Source: Candidatus Bipolaricaulia bacterium (GTDB lineage: Bacteria; Bipolaricaulota; Bipolaricaulia; RBG-16-55-9). Taken from it: a DNA stretch of 32,135 bases. Below are positions 10,092-18,993 of the stretch, one piece after another (the stretch's first letter is position 1; every line of letters begins with the position of its first letter). The translations under genes and the position numbers were made by a program. The stretch covers positions 7,301 through 39,435 of the forward strand of contig JBDGQO010000100.1 in the NCBI GenBank assembly GCA_042219045.1. The letters are read 5' to 3'. Under the pieces are notes generated by a model. The model searched no databases and had not been told where the DNA came from. It was given only the letters and a program-made list of their open reading frames with translations.

Positions 10092-11249
10092 TCACCGATC
10101 CACGCAGGGCATGATCACGTCGAAGCTGCCGTTGATCGCCACGAGGTCGGGAATGATCTTTTCGCGGAACAGTTCCGGAAGGATGCCCAGGTTCACGAAA
10201 CACGGCGACCGCAGCTTCACCCGATAGGGGAACGTCGTGCCGTCGCCGACCAGATAGACGCCGATGGGGCCGCGCGCGCCTTCGATGCGCGTGTAGTGCT
10301 CGCCCGCGGTGTTCACCAGCAACTGATAGCCCTTTTCGAGGCCGTCCGGGACGACCGGGCCGTCGGGCATCTGGTCGAGCGCCTGGCGGATCAGCTTCAC
10401 CGACGCCCGCATCTCGTCCAGCCGCACCTCGTAGCGCGCAAAGACGTCGCTGTCGGTCCGTGTGGGCACGTCGACATTGAGGTCGCCGTAGGCGAAGTAG
10501 GGCTCGTCGCGGCGCAGGTCATGGTCAATGCCCGCCGCCCGCAGATTGGGGCCGGTGATGCCCCAATCGAAGGCCATCTCTTGGGTCATCACGCCGACGC
10601 CCTTGGTCCGCATGAGGAACGTGTCGCTACCAGAGAGGAAGTCCTCGTACTCGTCAACCTTCTGTTCGGCGATGTCGCAGGCCTCGCGGACCTTGGCTTC
10701 AAAGCCGTCGGGGAAATCGGCCTTGACGCCGCCGAAGCGCAGGAAGTTGTAGTGCATCCGCGCGCCGGTCAGCTCCTGGAAGAGCTCCAGGATGAACTCG
10801 CGCTCCCGGAACGCGTAGAAGAAGGCGTTGAGCGCGCCGATGTCGAGGCCGTAGGTACCGAGCCACAGCAGGTGGCTCTGGATGCGGTCGAGCTCGTTGA
10901 CGATCACGCGCATGTACTGCCCGCGTGGGGTGGGCTCAATGCCCGCGAGCTCCTCGACCGCGCGCACATAGGCAGCTTCATAATGGGACGCCGCGACGTA
11001 GTCCGCCCGGTTGCACTCCACGATGAACTGCGGATAGCGGTTCAGCTCCGCCATCTTCTCGAAGCTGCGGTGCAGATACCCGACGACGGGCTGAACCCGC
11101 TTGACGACCTCGCCGTCCAGAGTCAGCACCAACCGCAGCACGCCGTGCGTGGCCGGGTGGTGCGGGCCCATGTTCATGACGAGCTTGTCGTCACGTTCGG
11201 CCTGTTCCAGCGTGTACGGCTGGATCTCCTGGTTGATCTCCGTGCTCAT
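10092..11249 (-). CDS. nuoD: Complex I subunit D (quinone-site subunit)
   Basis: NMGPHHPATHGVLRL, GYLHRSFEK, RADY, RVKLRSP, C-terminal VDR. Start is ATG 11249 or GTG 11255. Confidence 0.95.
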   Translation of the reverse strand: MSTEINQEIQPYTLEQAERDDKLVMNMGPHHPATHGVLRLVLTLDGEVVKRVQPVVGYLHRSFEKMAELNRYPQFIVECNRADYVAASHYEAAYVRAVEELAGIEPTPRGQYMRVIVNELDRIQSHLLWLGTYGLDIGALNAFFYAFREREFILELFQELTGARMHYNFLRFGGVKADFPDGFEAKVREACDIAEQKVDEYEDFLSGSDTFLMRTKGVGVMTQEMAFDWGITGPNLRAAGIDHDLRRDEPYFAYGDLNVDVPTRTDSDVFARYEVRLDEMRASVKLIRQALDQMPDGPVVPDGLEKGYQLLVNTAGEHYTRIEGARGPIGVYLVGDGTTFPYRVKLRSPCFVNLGILPELFREKIIPDLVAINGSFDVIMPCVDR

Positions 11250-11251
11250 CG

Positions 11252-11776
11252 TCACCACCCGCTCTCCGGATCCGTGCTGACCACGTCGCCGCCCTGCGGG
11301 CCCTTGCTGATGTATTGTTCGGTGGTCATGTCGTAGTCCTTCCGGAGGGGATGCCCCTGCCAGGGATCGGGCAGCAGGATGCGCCGCAGGTTCGGGTGGC
11401 CCGCGAAGACGACGCCGACGAGATCATACTGCTCGCGCTCCAGGAACCGCGCCGCGTTCCAGATGCCCGTCACCGAGGGCACGCGCGCGTCGTCACGATC
11501 CATGCGGACTTTGAGGGCGAGATGCTCCAGCGTCTCGTACGCATAGAGGTTGTAGACGACCTCGATGGTGTCGTCTTCGATCTTGTCAATCGCCGTGATG
11601 CAGTCCAGATGAATGTAGCCGCTCTGCTTGGCCCGCTCGCAGACCTCGGGGATCCGTTCGCCATCGACGACCCACATCGGCTTGTCGAACAGCCGGGTCT
11701 CCTCCCGGATCGCGTCCGCAACGTGGGGCTTGAGCTCCTCGAGCAGCAACGTCCGGCTCAGCTCTTGCTCTGCCAT
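11252..11776 (-). CDS. nuoC: Complex I subunit C
   Basis: [40 protein letters not shown]. Confidence 0.95.
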   Translation of the reverse strand: MAEQELSRTLLLEELKPHVADAIREETRLFDKPMWVVDGERIPEVCERAKQSGYIHLDCITAIDKIEDDTIEVVYNLYAYETLEHLALKVRMDRDDARVPSVTGIWNAARFLEREQYDLVGVVFAGHPNLRRILLPDPWQGHPLRKDYDMTTEQYISKGPQGGDVVSTDPESGW

Positions 11777-12375
11777 GTCGCCTGCAGCTCCTCTCGGTCG
11801 AGCGGGGGCACGCGGTAGCTGCCCTCGCGGTCGCGGATCTTCTCCTGCAGCGTCATGAGCGCATGCAGGAGCCCGTTCGGCGTCGGCGGGCAGCCGGGGC
11901 AGTGGACGTCGACGGGGATGATCTTGTCGACGCCCTTGACGACGCTGTAGGTCGTCTGATAGGGGCCACCGTTGATGGTGCAGGCGCCCATGGCGATGAC
12001 GTACTTGGGGTCGGCCATCTGGTCGTAGATCGTCTTGACGCGCGGGGCCATGCGCTTCGTGACCGTCCCCGCAACAATCATGAGATCAGCCTGTCGCGGC
12101 GACGGCCGGAAAATTTCCGAGCCGAACCGCGCCATGTCGAAGCGCGAGTCCTGACACGACATCATCTCCAGCGCACAGCAGGCGAGCCCGAACGTGAGCG
12201 GCCACATGGAGTTGCTGCGGGCCCAGTTGAGGAACTCGTCGGCTTTCGCCAGGGCAAATCCGCTCAGGCCACCCTTCTCTTGGGCCAGCGCGTCGATGCC
12301 GCGGTCGAGGCCATCGGCTTGACCGTTTGGGCCGTTCTGGCCGTCCGGGCGGACGTCGTCGTTTAGCGGAGCCAT
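11758..12375 (-). CDS. nuoB: Complex I subunit B (N2 cluster)
   Basis: Start MAPLNDD at 12375. [10 protein letters not shown] with tandem Cys, SPRQAD, MGAC, PGCPP. Confidence 0.95.
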   Translation of the reverse strand: MAPLNDDVRPDGQNGPNGQADGLDRGIDALAQEKGGLSGFALAKADEFLNWARSNSMWPLTFGLACCALEMMSCQDSRFDMARFGSEIFRPSPRQADLMIVAGTVTKRMAPRVKTIYDQMADPKYVIAMGACTINGGPYQTTYSVVKGVDKIIPVDVHCPGCPPTPNGLLHALMTLQEKIRDREGSYRVPPLDREELQATWQSKS

Positions 12376-12728
12376 TTGAGGAAGCCCTCCTTCCAGGCGT
12401 AGGCCCAGGCCATGAGCAAGATGCCCACGAAGACCATGATCTCGATGAAGGCGAGCAGCCCGAACGAGCGGAACTCGATCGCCCAGGGAATGAGGAACGC
12501 GATCTCCACGTCGATGACGAGGAACAATAGCACGTAGATGTAGTACTTGATGTCGATGGGCTTCTGGGTCGAGCCGATCGGCGTCTCGCCGCACTCGTAG
12601 GTCTCGCCCTTCTCGCCGCTGTCGTCGGGCGGGGTCAGCTTGTGGCCGAGCCAGAGCACGACGGCGACGATGCCGATGCCGACGACGCTGATCATGAGGA
12701 GCGGCAGATAGCCTCCCAGGACGTTCAT
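12363..12728 (-). CDS. nuoA: Complex I subunit A
   Basis: [37 protein letters not shown]. Confidence 0.95.
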   Translation of the reverse strand: MNVLGGYLPLLMISVVGIGIVAVVLWLGHKLTPPDDSGEKGETYECGETPIGSTQKPIDIKYYIYVLLFLVIDVEIAFLIPWAIEFRSFGLLAFIEIMVFVGILLMAWAYAWKEGFLKWLR

Positions 12729-14299
12729 GCAGGCACCTCCGCGGTGATTTCGTCATGGATCTCGTCGGCCGCGCGGATGCCGTCGGCCAGCGCGTCGATC
12801 ATGCTGGAGGGGCCGCGGACGGCATCACCGCCGGCGAAGACGCGCTCGCGACTGGTCCGCTGGGTCTCGTCGGCGATGACCTCGCCCCACTTCTTCAGCT
12901 CAACGCCGCTGTCCTCGGGGAGCCAGCTGGAGTCGACGTCCTGGCCGATGCACCAGATGACGGTGTCGACGTCGACGACGAACTCCGAGCCCTCCACGGG
13001 CTGGGGCTTCCGACGGCCGCTGTCGTCCGGCGGGCCGAGCTCCATGCGCTGCAGCTCCATGCCCTCGACGCGGTCCTCGCCGAACAGCTGCGTCGGGTTG
13101 GTCAGCAGCTGGACCACCAGTTTGCCGTCGTCCTTGTCGGCCTCGCGGTTGATGACGTCGACAGCATGCGACTTGATCCCCTTGTCGATCTCGGCTTCGA
13201 TCTTCTGGCGTTTTTCAAATGTCAAATGGAGCAGCTTCTCGCGGGCTTCGCGGAGGACGTTGTCCTTGTAGGGATGCACGAAGGCGTCCTCGATCTCGTC
13301 CAGGTCGTGGAGGACGACCTCCTCGCCGAGTTCGACGACCTCGTCCTCGGTGCTCGGCATCTGTTCGGCGCTGCGGCGATAGACCCAGTGGACGGCCTCG
13401 GCGTGGCGCAGCGACGTGCGGAGCGCGTCCATGGCGACGTCGCCGCCGCCGACCACGGCCACGCGGTTGAACTCGGGCATCTCGCCGCGGTCCGCCGCGC
13501 GGAGGAAGTCGAGCCCCGTAATGCTGCCGGGCAGATCGATGCCGGGCATGCCAGGCTTCCAGGAGCTGACCGCGCCGGCGCCGATGAAGACGGCGTCGTA
13601 CTCGCTCAATAGCTCGTCGATGCAGCCTTCGCCGCCGACGCCCTCGTCCATGCGAACGTCGACGCCGAGCCAGCGCAGCACGTCGACTTCCTCTTGGAGC
13701 ACGTTGTTGGGCAATCGGTAGTCGGGAATGGTGTTCAGCGCGCCGCCCGGCTTCTCGTTGCTCTCAAAGACGACGACGTCGTGGCCGCGGCGTCGCAAGT
13801 GATAGGCGCACGCCAGGCTGGCCGGCCCCGAACCGATACAGGCGATCTGCTTGCCGGTCGATTCCGGAATGTCGTAGTTGAGCTCGTACTGGCTGACTTG
13901 GTCGGCCACGAAGCGCCGCAGCCGCGGGATGTTGACCGGCTCGCCCTGAACCCCGCGCAGGCAGACGTCGGTGCAGGGATGGAAGCAGACGCGGCCGCAA
14001 CTGGCCGGCAGGGGATACGTGTCCATGATGGTCTGGAGGGCGCCTTTGTCGTCGCCGTCGGCGATCGCTTTGACGTAGCCCGGGACGTTGAGATGGGCCG
14101 GACAGGCCTTGACGCACGGCGGGTCCTGGCACTGCATGCAGCGATCCGCTTCCGCGCGGACGCTGTCCTCGTCGTAGCCGAGCGCCAGCTCCTGGAACGT
14201 CATCCGCTTTTCGGGCGGGACCTTCCGCTCCGGCAGCTGCTCGTACTCGTAGTGGCCTCGAAGTCGCTCTTGAAGTTCCTCGTCAGTCAGTTTCAACAT
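12725..14299 (-). CDS. GltD/SudA/NfnB-family FAD, 2x[4Fe-4S], NAD(P)H oxidoreductase; candidate complex I electron-input subunit
   Basis: Start MLKLTDEE at 14299 (SD GGAGG). Motifs [56 protein letters not shown]. Its stop overlaps the nuoA start (ATGA). Confidence 0.9.
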   Translation of the reverse strand: MLKLTDEELQERLRGHYEYEQLPERKVPPEKRMTFQELALGYDEDSVRAEADRCMQCQDPPCVKACPAHLNVPGYVKAIADGDDKGALQTIMDTYPLPASCGRVCFHPCTDVCLRGVQGEPVNIPRLRRFVADQVSQYELNYDIPESTGKQIACIGSGPASLACAYHLRRRGHDVVVFESNEKPGGALNTIPDYRLPNNVLQEEVDVLRWLGVDVRMDEGVGGEGCIDELLSEYDAVFIGAGAVSSWKPGMPGIDLPGSITGLDFLRAADRGEMPEFNRVAVVGGGDVAMDALRTSLRHAEAVHWVYRRSAEQMPSTEDEVVELGEEVVLHDLDEIEDAFVHPYKDNVLREAREKLLHLTFEKRQKIEAEIDKGIKSHAVDVINREADKDDGKLVVQLLTNPTQLFGEDRVEGMELQRMELGPPDDSGRRKPQPVEGSEFVVDVDTVIWCIGQDVDSSWLPEDSGVELKKWGEVIADETQRTSRERVFAGGDAVRGPSSMIDALADGIRAADEIHDEITAEVPA

Positions 14300-14320
14300 T
14301 GTCCACCCTCCGGTAAGGTG

Positions 14321-14362
14321 AGTCTGCAAACACGGCCCGGCGACACCAATGATCTTTATCAT
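14321..14362 (-). promoter_or_regulatory. Putative class II Crp/Fnr-dependent promoter of the gltD-like/nuo operon
   Basis: Palindrome ATGAT-CTTT-ATCAT at 14349-14362 (FNR consensus TTGAT-N4-ATCAA). A -10-like CAGACT at 14321-14326 places the box centre at -41.5. Confidence 0.55.
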
Positions 14363-14440
14363 CGGTCGATATGCCCGTGATCAGCTCATGTTCTGGATTT
14401 TGCGACAGTTCTGGAATTTTTCGTGTGAGATATCTTTGTC

Positions 14441-14458
14441 TTGTTATAGCCATCACGA
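14441..14458. promoter_or_regulatory. Possible CRP/Rex-like site
   Basis: TTGTTATAGCCATCACGA matches TGTGA-N6-TCACA at 8/10 and Rex TTGTGAA-N4-TTCACAA at 10/14; lies in the AT-richer intergenic region. Confidence 0.3.
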
Positions 14459-14465
14459 TCGCCGC

Positions 14466-15035
14466 CTAGGACGTCGCCGCCGACGCCGCGGCCAGTTCGT
14501 GGCCCGCGTCGAGGGCCCTTTTGTTCATATCGCGGTGCTTGTCGGGCACGCGGCGCAGGACGGCCTCCGTCAGGCTCTGGACGGAGACGACCTCGGCCAG
14601 CGCGTTCAGCGCGCCGAGCGCGACGACGTTCGCCACGACCTGGTGCCCGACCTCGATCGCCGTCTCCGTGATGGGGAACGGATGGACTCCGGCCCCGTTT
14701 GTCGACCCGTTGACCTCGACGTTGGTGGCGTCGACGATGACGAGCGTGGCGTCGTCGGCGTCGCTGATGTATTTGTCGAACGAGTCCTGGGACAGACAGA
14801 GGATGACATCGGGCTGAACGACCTGCGGATAGGCGATCGTCTCGCGGGCGACGATGACCTCGGCTCGGCTTGCCCCGAGGCGCGCTTCCGGCCCGTAGCT
14901 CTGGGTCTGGACGACCTGAAGCCCATCCAGCACGGCCGCCTCGGAGAGAATGACGCCGGCCGTAATCAGCCCTTGGCCGCCCGCGCCGCTCAGGCGTAGC
15001 TCCACGCGGTCGTCGGTCGTTCGTCGCGTCGTCAT
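14466..15035 (-). CDS. korC: 2-oxoacid:acceptor oxidoreductase gamma subunit
   Basis: Start MTTRR at 15035 (ATGA overlap with korB). RLSGAGGQG, QTQSYGPEARLGAS, NVVALGA, MNKRALDAG. Substrate not determinable from sequence. Confidence 0.88.
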   Translation of the reverse strand: MTTRRTTDDRVELRLSGAGGQGLITAGVILSEAAVLDGLQVVQTQSYGPEARLGASRAEVIVARETIAYPQVVQPDVILCLSQDSFDKYISDADDATLVIVDATNVEVNGSTNGAGVHPFPITETAIEVGHQVVANVVALGALNALAEVVSVQSLTEAVLRRVPDKHRDMNKRALDAGHELAAASAATS

Positions 15036-15850
15036 CCCGACCTCGCCTCCTCGCAACGCCGTTGATAGATGTCGGTGTACTCGTCCCGGGTCTCGTCGAC
15101 GAAGACGCCTCGAGGGCGCGGGCTCACTCCGACGGGGGTTCCGTCGCCGTCCGCATGGCCGTTGCTCCCGTGGGTGGTCGCTTCAATCTCGCGCATCATG
15201 GCGTAGGGATCGCGGACCCCGTTCATGCGCCCGTAGTACGTCGGGCAGGTCGTCATGACCTCGACGAGCGCGAACCCGCGGTGCTCGAACGCCCGTGTCA
15301 ACAACGATTGGAGCTCCTGGAAGTCGAACGTCGAGGTCCGGGCCACGAAGCTCGCGCCCGAGCCCTCGGCCAACTTGCACAGATCGAACGACGGATCGAC
15401 GCTGCCCTGTGGCGACGTCGTGCTCACTTTGCCCGTGGGCGTCGTCGGGGCGAGTTGCCCCCCGGTTTGGCCGTAAATGGAGTTGTCGAAGAGAATCGCC
15501 GTCAGGTCGATATTGCGCCGACAGGCGTGGATGAAGTGGTTGCCGCCAATGCCGCTCGCGTCGCCGTCGCCCATGGTGACGACGACGTTGAACTGAGGCC
15601 GGGCCATTTTGACGCCCGTGGCGAACGCCAGCGCGCGGCCGTGGGTCGTGTGCATGGTGTTGACGTCGAGATAGAACGGCGTTCGCCCGGAGCAGCCGAT
15701 GCCGCCGACCACGACCGTGCTGTCGCGGTCCCAGCCGATCCCTCCCATGGCGTCGGCCATCGACTTGACGACCACGCCGTTGCCGCAGCCGGGGCACCAG
15801 ACCGTCGGGAGATCGCCCTCCCGCAGGTATTGGCCATAGTGCTCACGCAT
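15032..15850 (-). CDS. korB: 2-oxoacid:acceptor oxidoreductase beta subunit (TPP-binding)
   Basis: WCPGCG, GIGCSG, HTTHGRA, GDGDASGIGGNH, NSIYGQTGGQ, CPT. Confidence 0.92.
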   Translation of the reverse strand: MREHYGQYLREGDLPTVWCPGCGNGVVVKSMADAMGGIGWDRDSTVVVGGIGCSGRTPFYLDVNTMHTTHGRALAFATGVKMARPQFNVVVTMGDGDASGIGGNHFIHACRRNIDLTAILFDNSIYGQTGGQLAPTTPTGKVSTTSPQGSVDPSFDLCKLAEGSGASFVARTSTFDFQELQSLLTRAFEHRGFALVEVMTTCPTYYGRMNGVRDPYAMMREIEATTHGSNGHADGDGTPVGVSPRPRGVFVDETRDEYTDIYQRRCEEARSG

Positions 15851-17009
15851 GGCGCCCTCCTTCGCCGATCCAAGTCCGGATCCGATCGATGATCTGCTGG
15901 GGCGTGATCAGTTGGCCGTCGACCCGCGAGAGCGACTCGACGGCGACCTCGCGCCCGATCCGCTCGCCTGCCGCGCGGCTCACCTCGCGGACCGCCTGGC
16001 CGAGGTTCAGCTCCGGCACGAGGATGCCCCTCACGCAGTCGCAAAACTCGTCAAAGAGGAAGTCGGGGAAGGGCCAGAGCGTCTTGAGGTTGAGCAGGCC
16101 GACCCGTTGGCCCTCGGCGCGGAAGCGCTGCACGGCGCTCATGGCCGCTCGCGACGTGATGCCGTAGCTCACGATGACGTACTCGGCGTCGTCAAGCTCA
16201 ATGTCGTCGTAGAGCGCGATCCCTTCGACGTTGCCGTAGACCCGCTCCATCGTACGCCGGAACATCGCCTCGGCCTGGCTGCCCTTGATGTATTGGCCTT
16301 GACCGTCGTGCGACAGTCCCGTCACGTTGTAGCGCAGCCCTTCGCCGAACGGCACGAACTCCGCACTGCCGAACGCCTCGAAGTTCTCTAACGACTTGGG
16401 CCGAGCCCGATCGACGACCTCGATCTCGCCCGGCTCGGGCCAGGCCATGTTCTCGCGCATGTGCGAGAGCACCTCGTCCAACAGAAGAATCACGGGGATG
16501 CGGAAGCGTTCCGAGATATTGAACGCCTGAACCGTCATCTCGAACGCCGCGCGCACGTCAGAGGCCGTCAGAACGACGATGGGATGGTCGCCGTGCGTGC
16601 CCCAGATCGCCTGCATGAGGTCGCCTTGGGCGGGCTTGGTCGGTTGTCCCGTCGACGGGCCACCGCGCTGAGAATCCACGATGACGCACGGCGTCTCGGT
16701 CATGCAGGCGTAGCCGAGCCCTTCCTGCATGAGCGAAAACCCTGGCCCGCTCGTGGCCGTCATGGCCTTCGCGCCCGTCCAGGCCGCGCCGATGATGGCG
16801 GAGATCGAGGCGATCTCGTCCTCCATCTGGATGAACGCCCCGCCGCGCTTGGGCTGCTCGCGGCTCATGATCTCCATGACCTCGGAGCTGGGCGTGATGG
16901 GGTATCCCGCGTAGAAGTCGCAGCCCGCGTAGAGCGCCCCGTAGGCGCAAGCCTCGTTGCCCTGGACGAGCTGCTGCGTGGTCGGCTTGGTCGAGGTCGC
17001 TTGGCTCAT
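15843..17009 (-). CDS. korA: 2-oxoacid:acceptor oxidoreductase alpha subunit
   Basis: GNEACAYGA, YAGYPITPSSE, QMEDEIAS, TATSGPGFSLMQE, QRGGPSTG. Confidence 0.93.
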   Translation of the reverse strand: MSQATSTKPTTQQLVQGNEACAYGALYAGCDFYAGYPITPSSEVMEIMSREQPKRGGAFIQMEDEIASISAIIGAAWTGAKAMTATSGPGFSLMQEGLGYACMTETPCVIVDSQRGGPSTGQPTKPAQGDLMQAIWGTHGDHPIVVLTASDVRAAFEMTVQAFNISERFRIPVILLLDEVLSHMRENMAWPEPGEIEVVDRARPKSLENFEAFGSAEFVPFGEGLRYNVTGLSHDGQGQYIKGSQAEAMFRRTMERVYGNVEGIALYDDIELDDAEYVIVSYGITSRAAMSAVQRFRAEGQRVGLLNLKTLWPFPDFLFDEFCDCVRGILVPELNLGQAVREVSRAAGERIGREVAVESLSRVDGQLITPQQIIDRIRTWIGEGGRHA

Positions 17010-18892
17010 GTCAGCGCCACCTCCGCCGGGTTCCGTTGGCCTTTGGCCTCGTCGGCGTCCTTGACCACCCAGATCGCAAAGTCGGGACAGCGGGCTTCAC
17101 AAACTCCGCAGAAGACGCACTCGCTCGGGTCGGTCATGACGATCTTGCCCTTGGCGTCGAGGTCGAGCACGCCCTGGGGGCAGCTGTTGACGCAGAGCTC
17201 ACAGCCCTTGCAGAGGCGCGGCTCGGTGCCGACGTAGTACGCCGATCCCTGCGCGTAGTGCGTCTGCCCGTCGGTCTGTTCGGTCGTGGCCCGAATCGTG
17301 GCGATCCGCTGGGGCGGGGTCTCGCCGACGATGGCCTCGTGCATGCGACGAGCCGCCGAGCGGCCGTCCCGCACGGCCTCCACGACCGTCGCGCCGCCGT
17401 TGACGCAGTCGCCGCCGGCGTAGACCTTCGCGCGGCTCGTGCGCCGGCGCCGTGTCTCGATCCAGCCGCGGTCGTGCGCCACGTTCCACGCCTCCAGCCG
17501 CTCCGTCCAGGGCCGCTGGCCGATCGCTTTGACGACGGTATCGGCCTCCACGATGAACGCCGAGCCCTCGATCGGTTCCGGCTTCGGTCGGCCGGACGCG
17601 TCCGGGGCGCCGAGCCGCATTTCGACGCATTCCACGCCCTCGACGCGCTCGGCGTTGCCCACGAAGCGCGTCGGCGAGGTCAGGAATTGGAAGTCGACGC
17701 CCTCGGCCTTCGCTTCCTCGATCTCATGGTCGTAGGCGGGCATCTGCTCCTCGGTGCGCCGATACAGCACCGTGACGTTGTCCCCGCCGAGCCGCTTGGC
17801 CTCGCGCGCCGCGTCGATGGCCGTGTTGCCGCCGCCGATCACGGCGACGTGGGTGCCCAGATCCAACTCGGCGAAGCGACCCTCCTTGACGCGCTCAATG
17901 AAGGCGAGCGAGTCCCAGACGCCGTTGAGATCTTCCCCGGGCAGATTGGCCTGAATGTCGGGGCCGAGGCCGATGCCGAGAAAGACGGCGTCGTACCGTC
18001 GCTCGAGCGCCTCCAGCGTCATGTCGCGGCCGACGGTCACGCCGAAGCGGAACGCCACGCCGAGCGACTCGATGCGGGCGACCTCGTCGGGAAGCGGGTC
18101 GACGAGTTGCTTATAGGGGGCGATGGCGTCCGTGATCAGGCCGCCGGGATGGGGCTTCCGCTCGTAGACCACGACGCGGTGGCCGAGCCTTGCCAGTTCG
18201 GCGGCGCAGCCGAGCCCCGCCGGACCGGCCCCGACGACGGCCACGCTTGTCGAGTCGGTCCTCGGGACAGACGCCTCGGTCTCATCGGTCGTGTCAGTCA
18301 CAAACGATGGACCCTCGACCTCCAGGGCACGGTCAGTTGCGTAGCGCTGCAGGCGTCTGATGTCAACGGCCCGTCGGCCTTCGGCTTCCAGGACACAGGC
18401 GCCCTCGCAGAGCTCCTCAACGGGGCAGACGCGGGCGCAACTGCCGCCCAGGACGTTCGCGCTGAAGATCGTCCGCGCCGCATCCAGCGGGCGTCCTTGG
18501 CGAATCTCTTGGATAAAGCGCGGCACGTCGATCGAGGTCGGGCAGGCCGTGGTGCAGGGCGCCGGCGACAGGGGCCCACCGCAGTCCAGACACCGCTCGG
18601 CTTCCACGACCGCCGCCTCCTCGTCCAACGGCGGATGCAGCTCCGTGAACACACGCTCCGCACGGGCTTGATCCTCGCTCGGCGTCGGCTCGGCCGTCGG
18701 GGCGCTGCGCCAGAGCTTGGCGTTGCCGACTTTCCGACAGCGAACCTCGCCCTTCGTGTGTAGGATCGCCAGGTACTTGGAGGCCGTGTGCCGGGCGATG
18801 CCGAGTTGTTGTGCCAGTTGTTCGGTGTGCAGCTCCGACTCCGCCGACGCAAGCGCCTGGCGAATCGTCGCTTCCATTTGGCTGGGGGCCAC
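17006..18892 (-). CDS. Fusion: N-terminal winged HTH + GltD/PreT-like flavoprotein + C-terminal 2x[4Fe-4S] ferredoxin (KorD-like)
   Basis: aa 1-62 read as wHTH (LHTEQLAQQLGIARHTASKYLAILHTKGEVRCRKVGNAKLW). Core has ERCLDC..PCTTACP, CARVCP..LCEGAC, GAGPAG, GGGNTAID, YRR. C-terminus has CKGCELCVNSCP and CVFCGVCEARCPDFAI. ATGA overlap with korA. Start is GTG 18892 or ATG 18877. Confidence 0.9.
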   Translation of the reverse strand: MAPSQMEATIRQALASAESELHTEQLAQQLGIARHTASKYLAILHTKGEVRCRKVGNAKLWRSAPTAEPTPSEDQARAERVFTELHPPLDEEAAVVEAERCLDCGGPLSPAPCTTACPTSIDVPRFIQEIRQGRPLDAARTIFSANVLGGSCARVCPVEELCEGACVLEAEGRRAVDIRRLQRYATDRALEVEGPSFVTDTTDETEASVPRTDSTSVAVVGAGPAGLGCAAELARLGHRVVVYERKPHPGGLITDAIAPYKQLVDPLPDEVARIESLGVAFRFGVTVGRDMTLEALERRYDAVFLGIGLGPDIQANLPGEDLNGVWDSLAFIERVKEGRFAELDLGTHVAVIGGGNTAIDAAREAKRLGGDNVTVLYRRTEEQMPAYDHEIEEAKAEGVDFQFLTSPTRFVGNAERVEGVECVEMRLGAPDASGRPKPEPIEGSAFIVEADTVVKAIGQRPWTERLEAWNVAHDRGWIETRRRRTSRAKVYAGGDCVNGGATVVEAVRDGRSAARRMHEAIVGETPPQRIATIRATTEQTDGQTHYAQGSAYYVGTEPRLCKGCELCVNSCPQGVLDLDAKGKIVMTDPSECVFCGVCEARCPDFAIWVVKDADEAKGQRNPAEVALT

Positions 18893-18950
18893 CCTGTGAT
18901 CACCCGTCTCCGTAAGCGGTTACCGTTAGCGATCACCGCAGGATGGGACC

Positions 18951-18993
18951 ATTCTAAAAGCCCGATTTGACGCCCGCGTTGAACGAGTCCACA
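18951..18993 (-). promoter_or_regulatory. Putative activator-dependent promoter of the kor operon
   Basis: -10 TAGAAT at 18951-18956 with no recognisable -35. Degenerate Crp/Fnr-like GTTGA-ACGAGT-CCACA at 18978-18993 is centred at -41.5. Confidence 0.45.

Noticed and set aside
10092..12375. Group 4 [NiFe]-hydrogenase (Ech/Mbh) interpretation
   Set aside because: The large subunit lacks both CxxC motifs, NuoB has the tandem CC of complex I, and no maturation genes are present.
111..18763. Many long plus-strand ORFs (e.g. 111-1415, 1716-2936, 2881-4203, 6423-7655, 10053-11336, 17036-18763)
   Set aside because: Antisense shadows of clearly recognisable minus-strand genes in high-GC DNA; no family motifs.
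12725..18892. Calling the two flavoproteins glutamate synthase GltD, PreT or bifurcating NfnB
   Set aside because: No gltB, preA or nfnA is adjacent; each gene is coupled to nuoA or korA instead. Partners elsewhere in the genome cannot be excluded.
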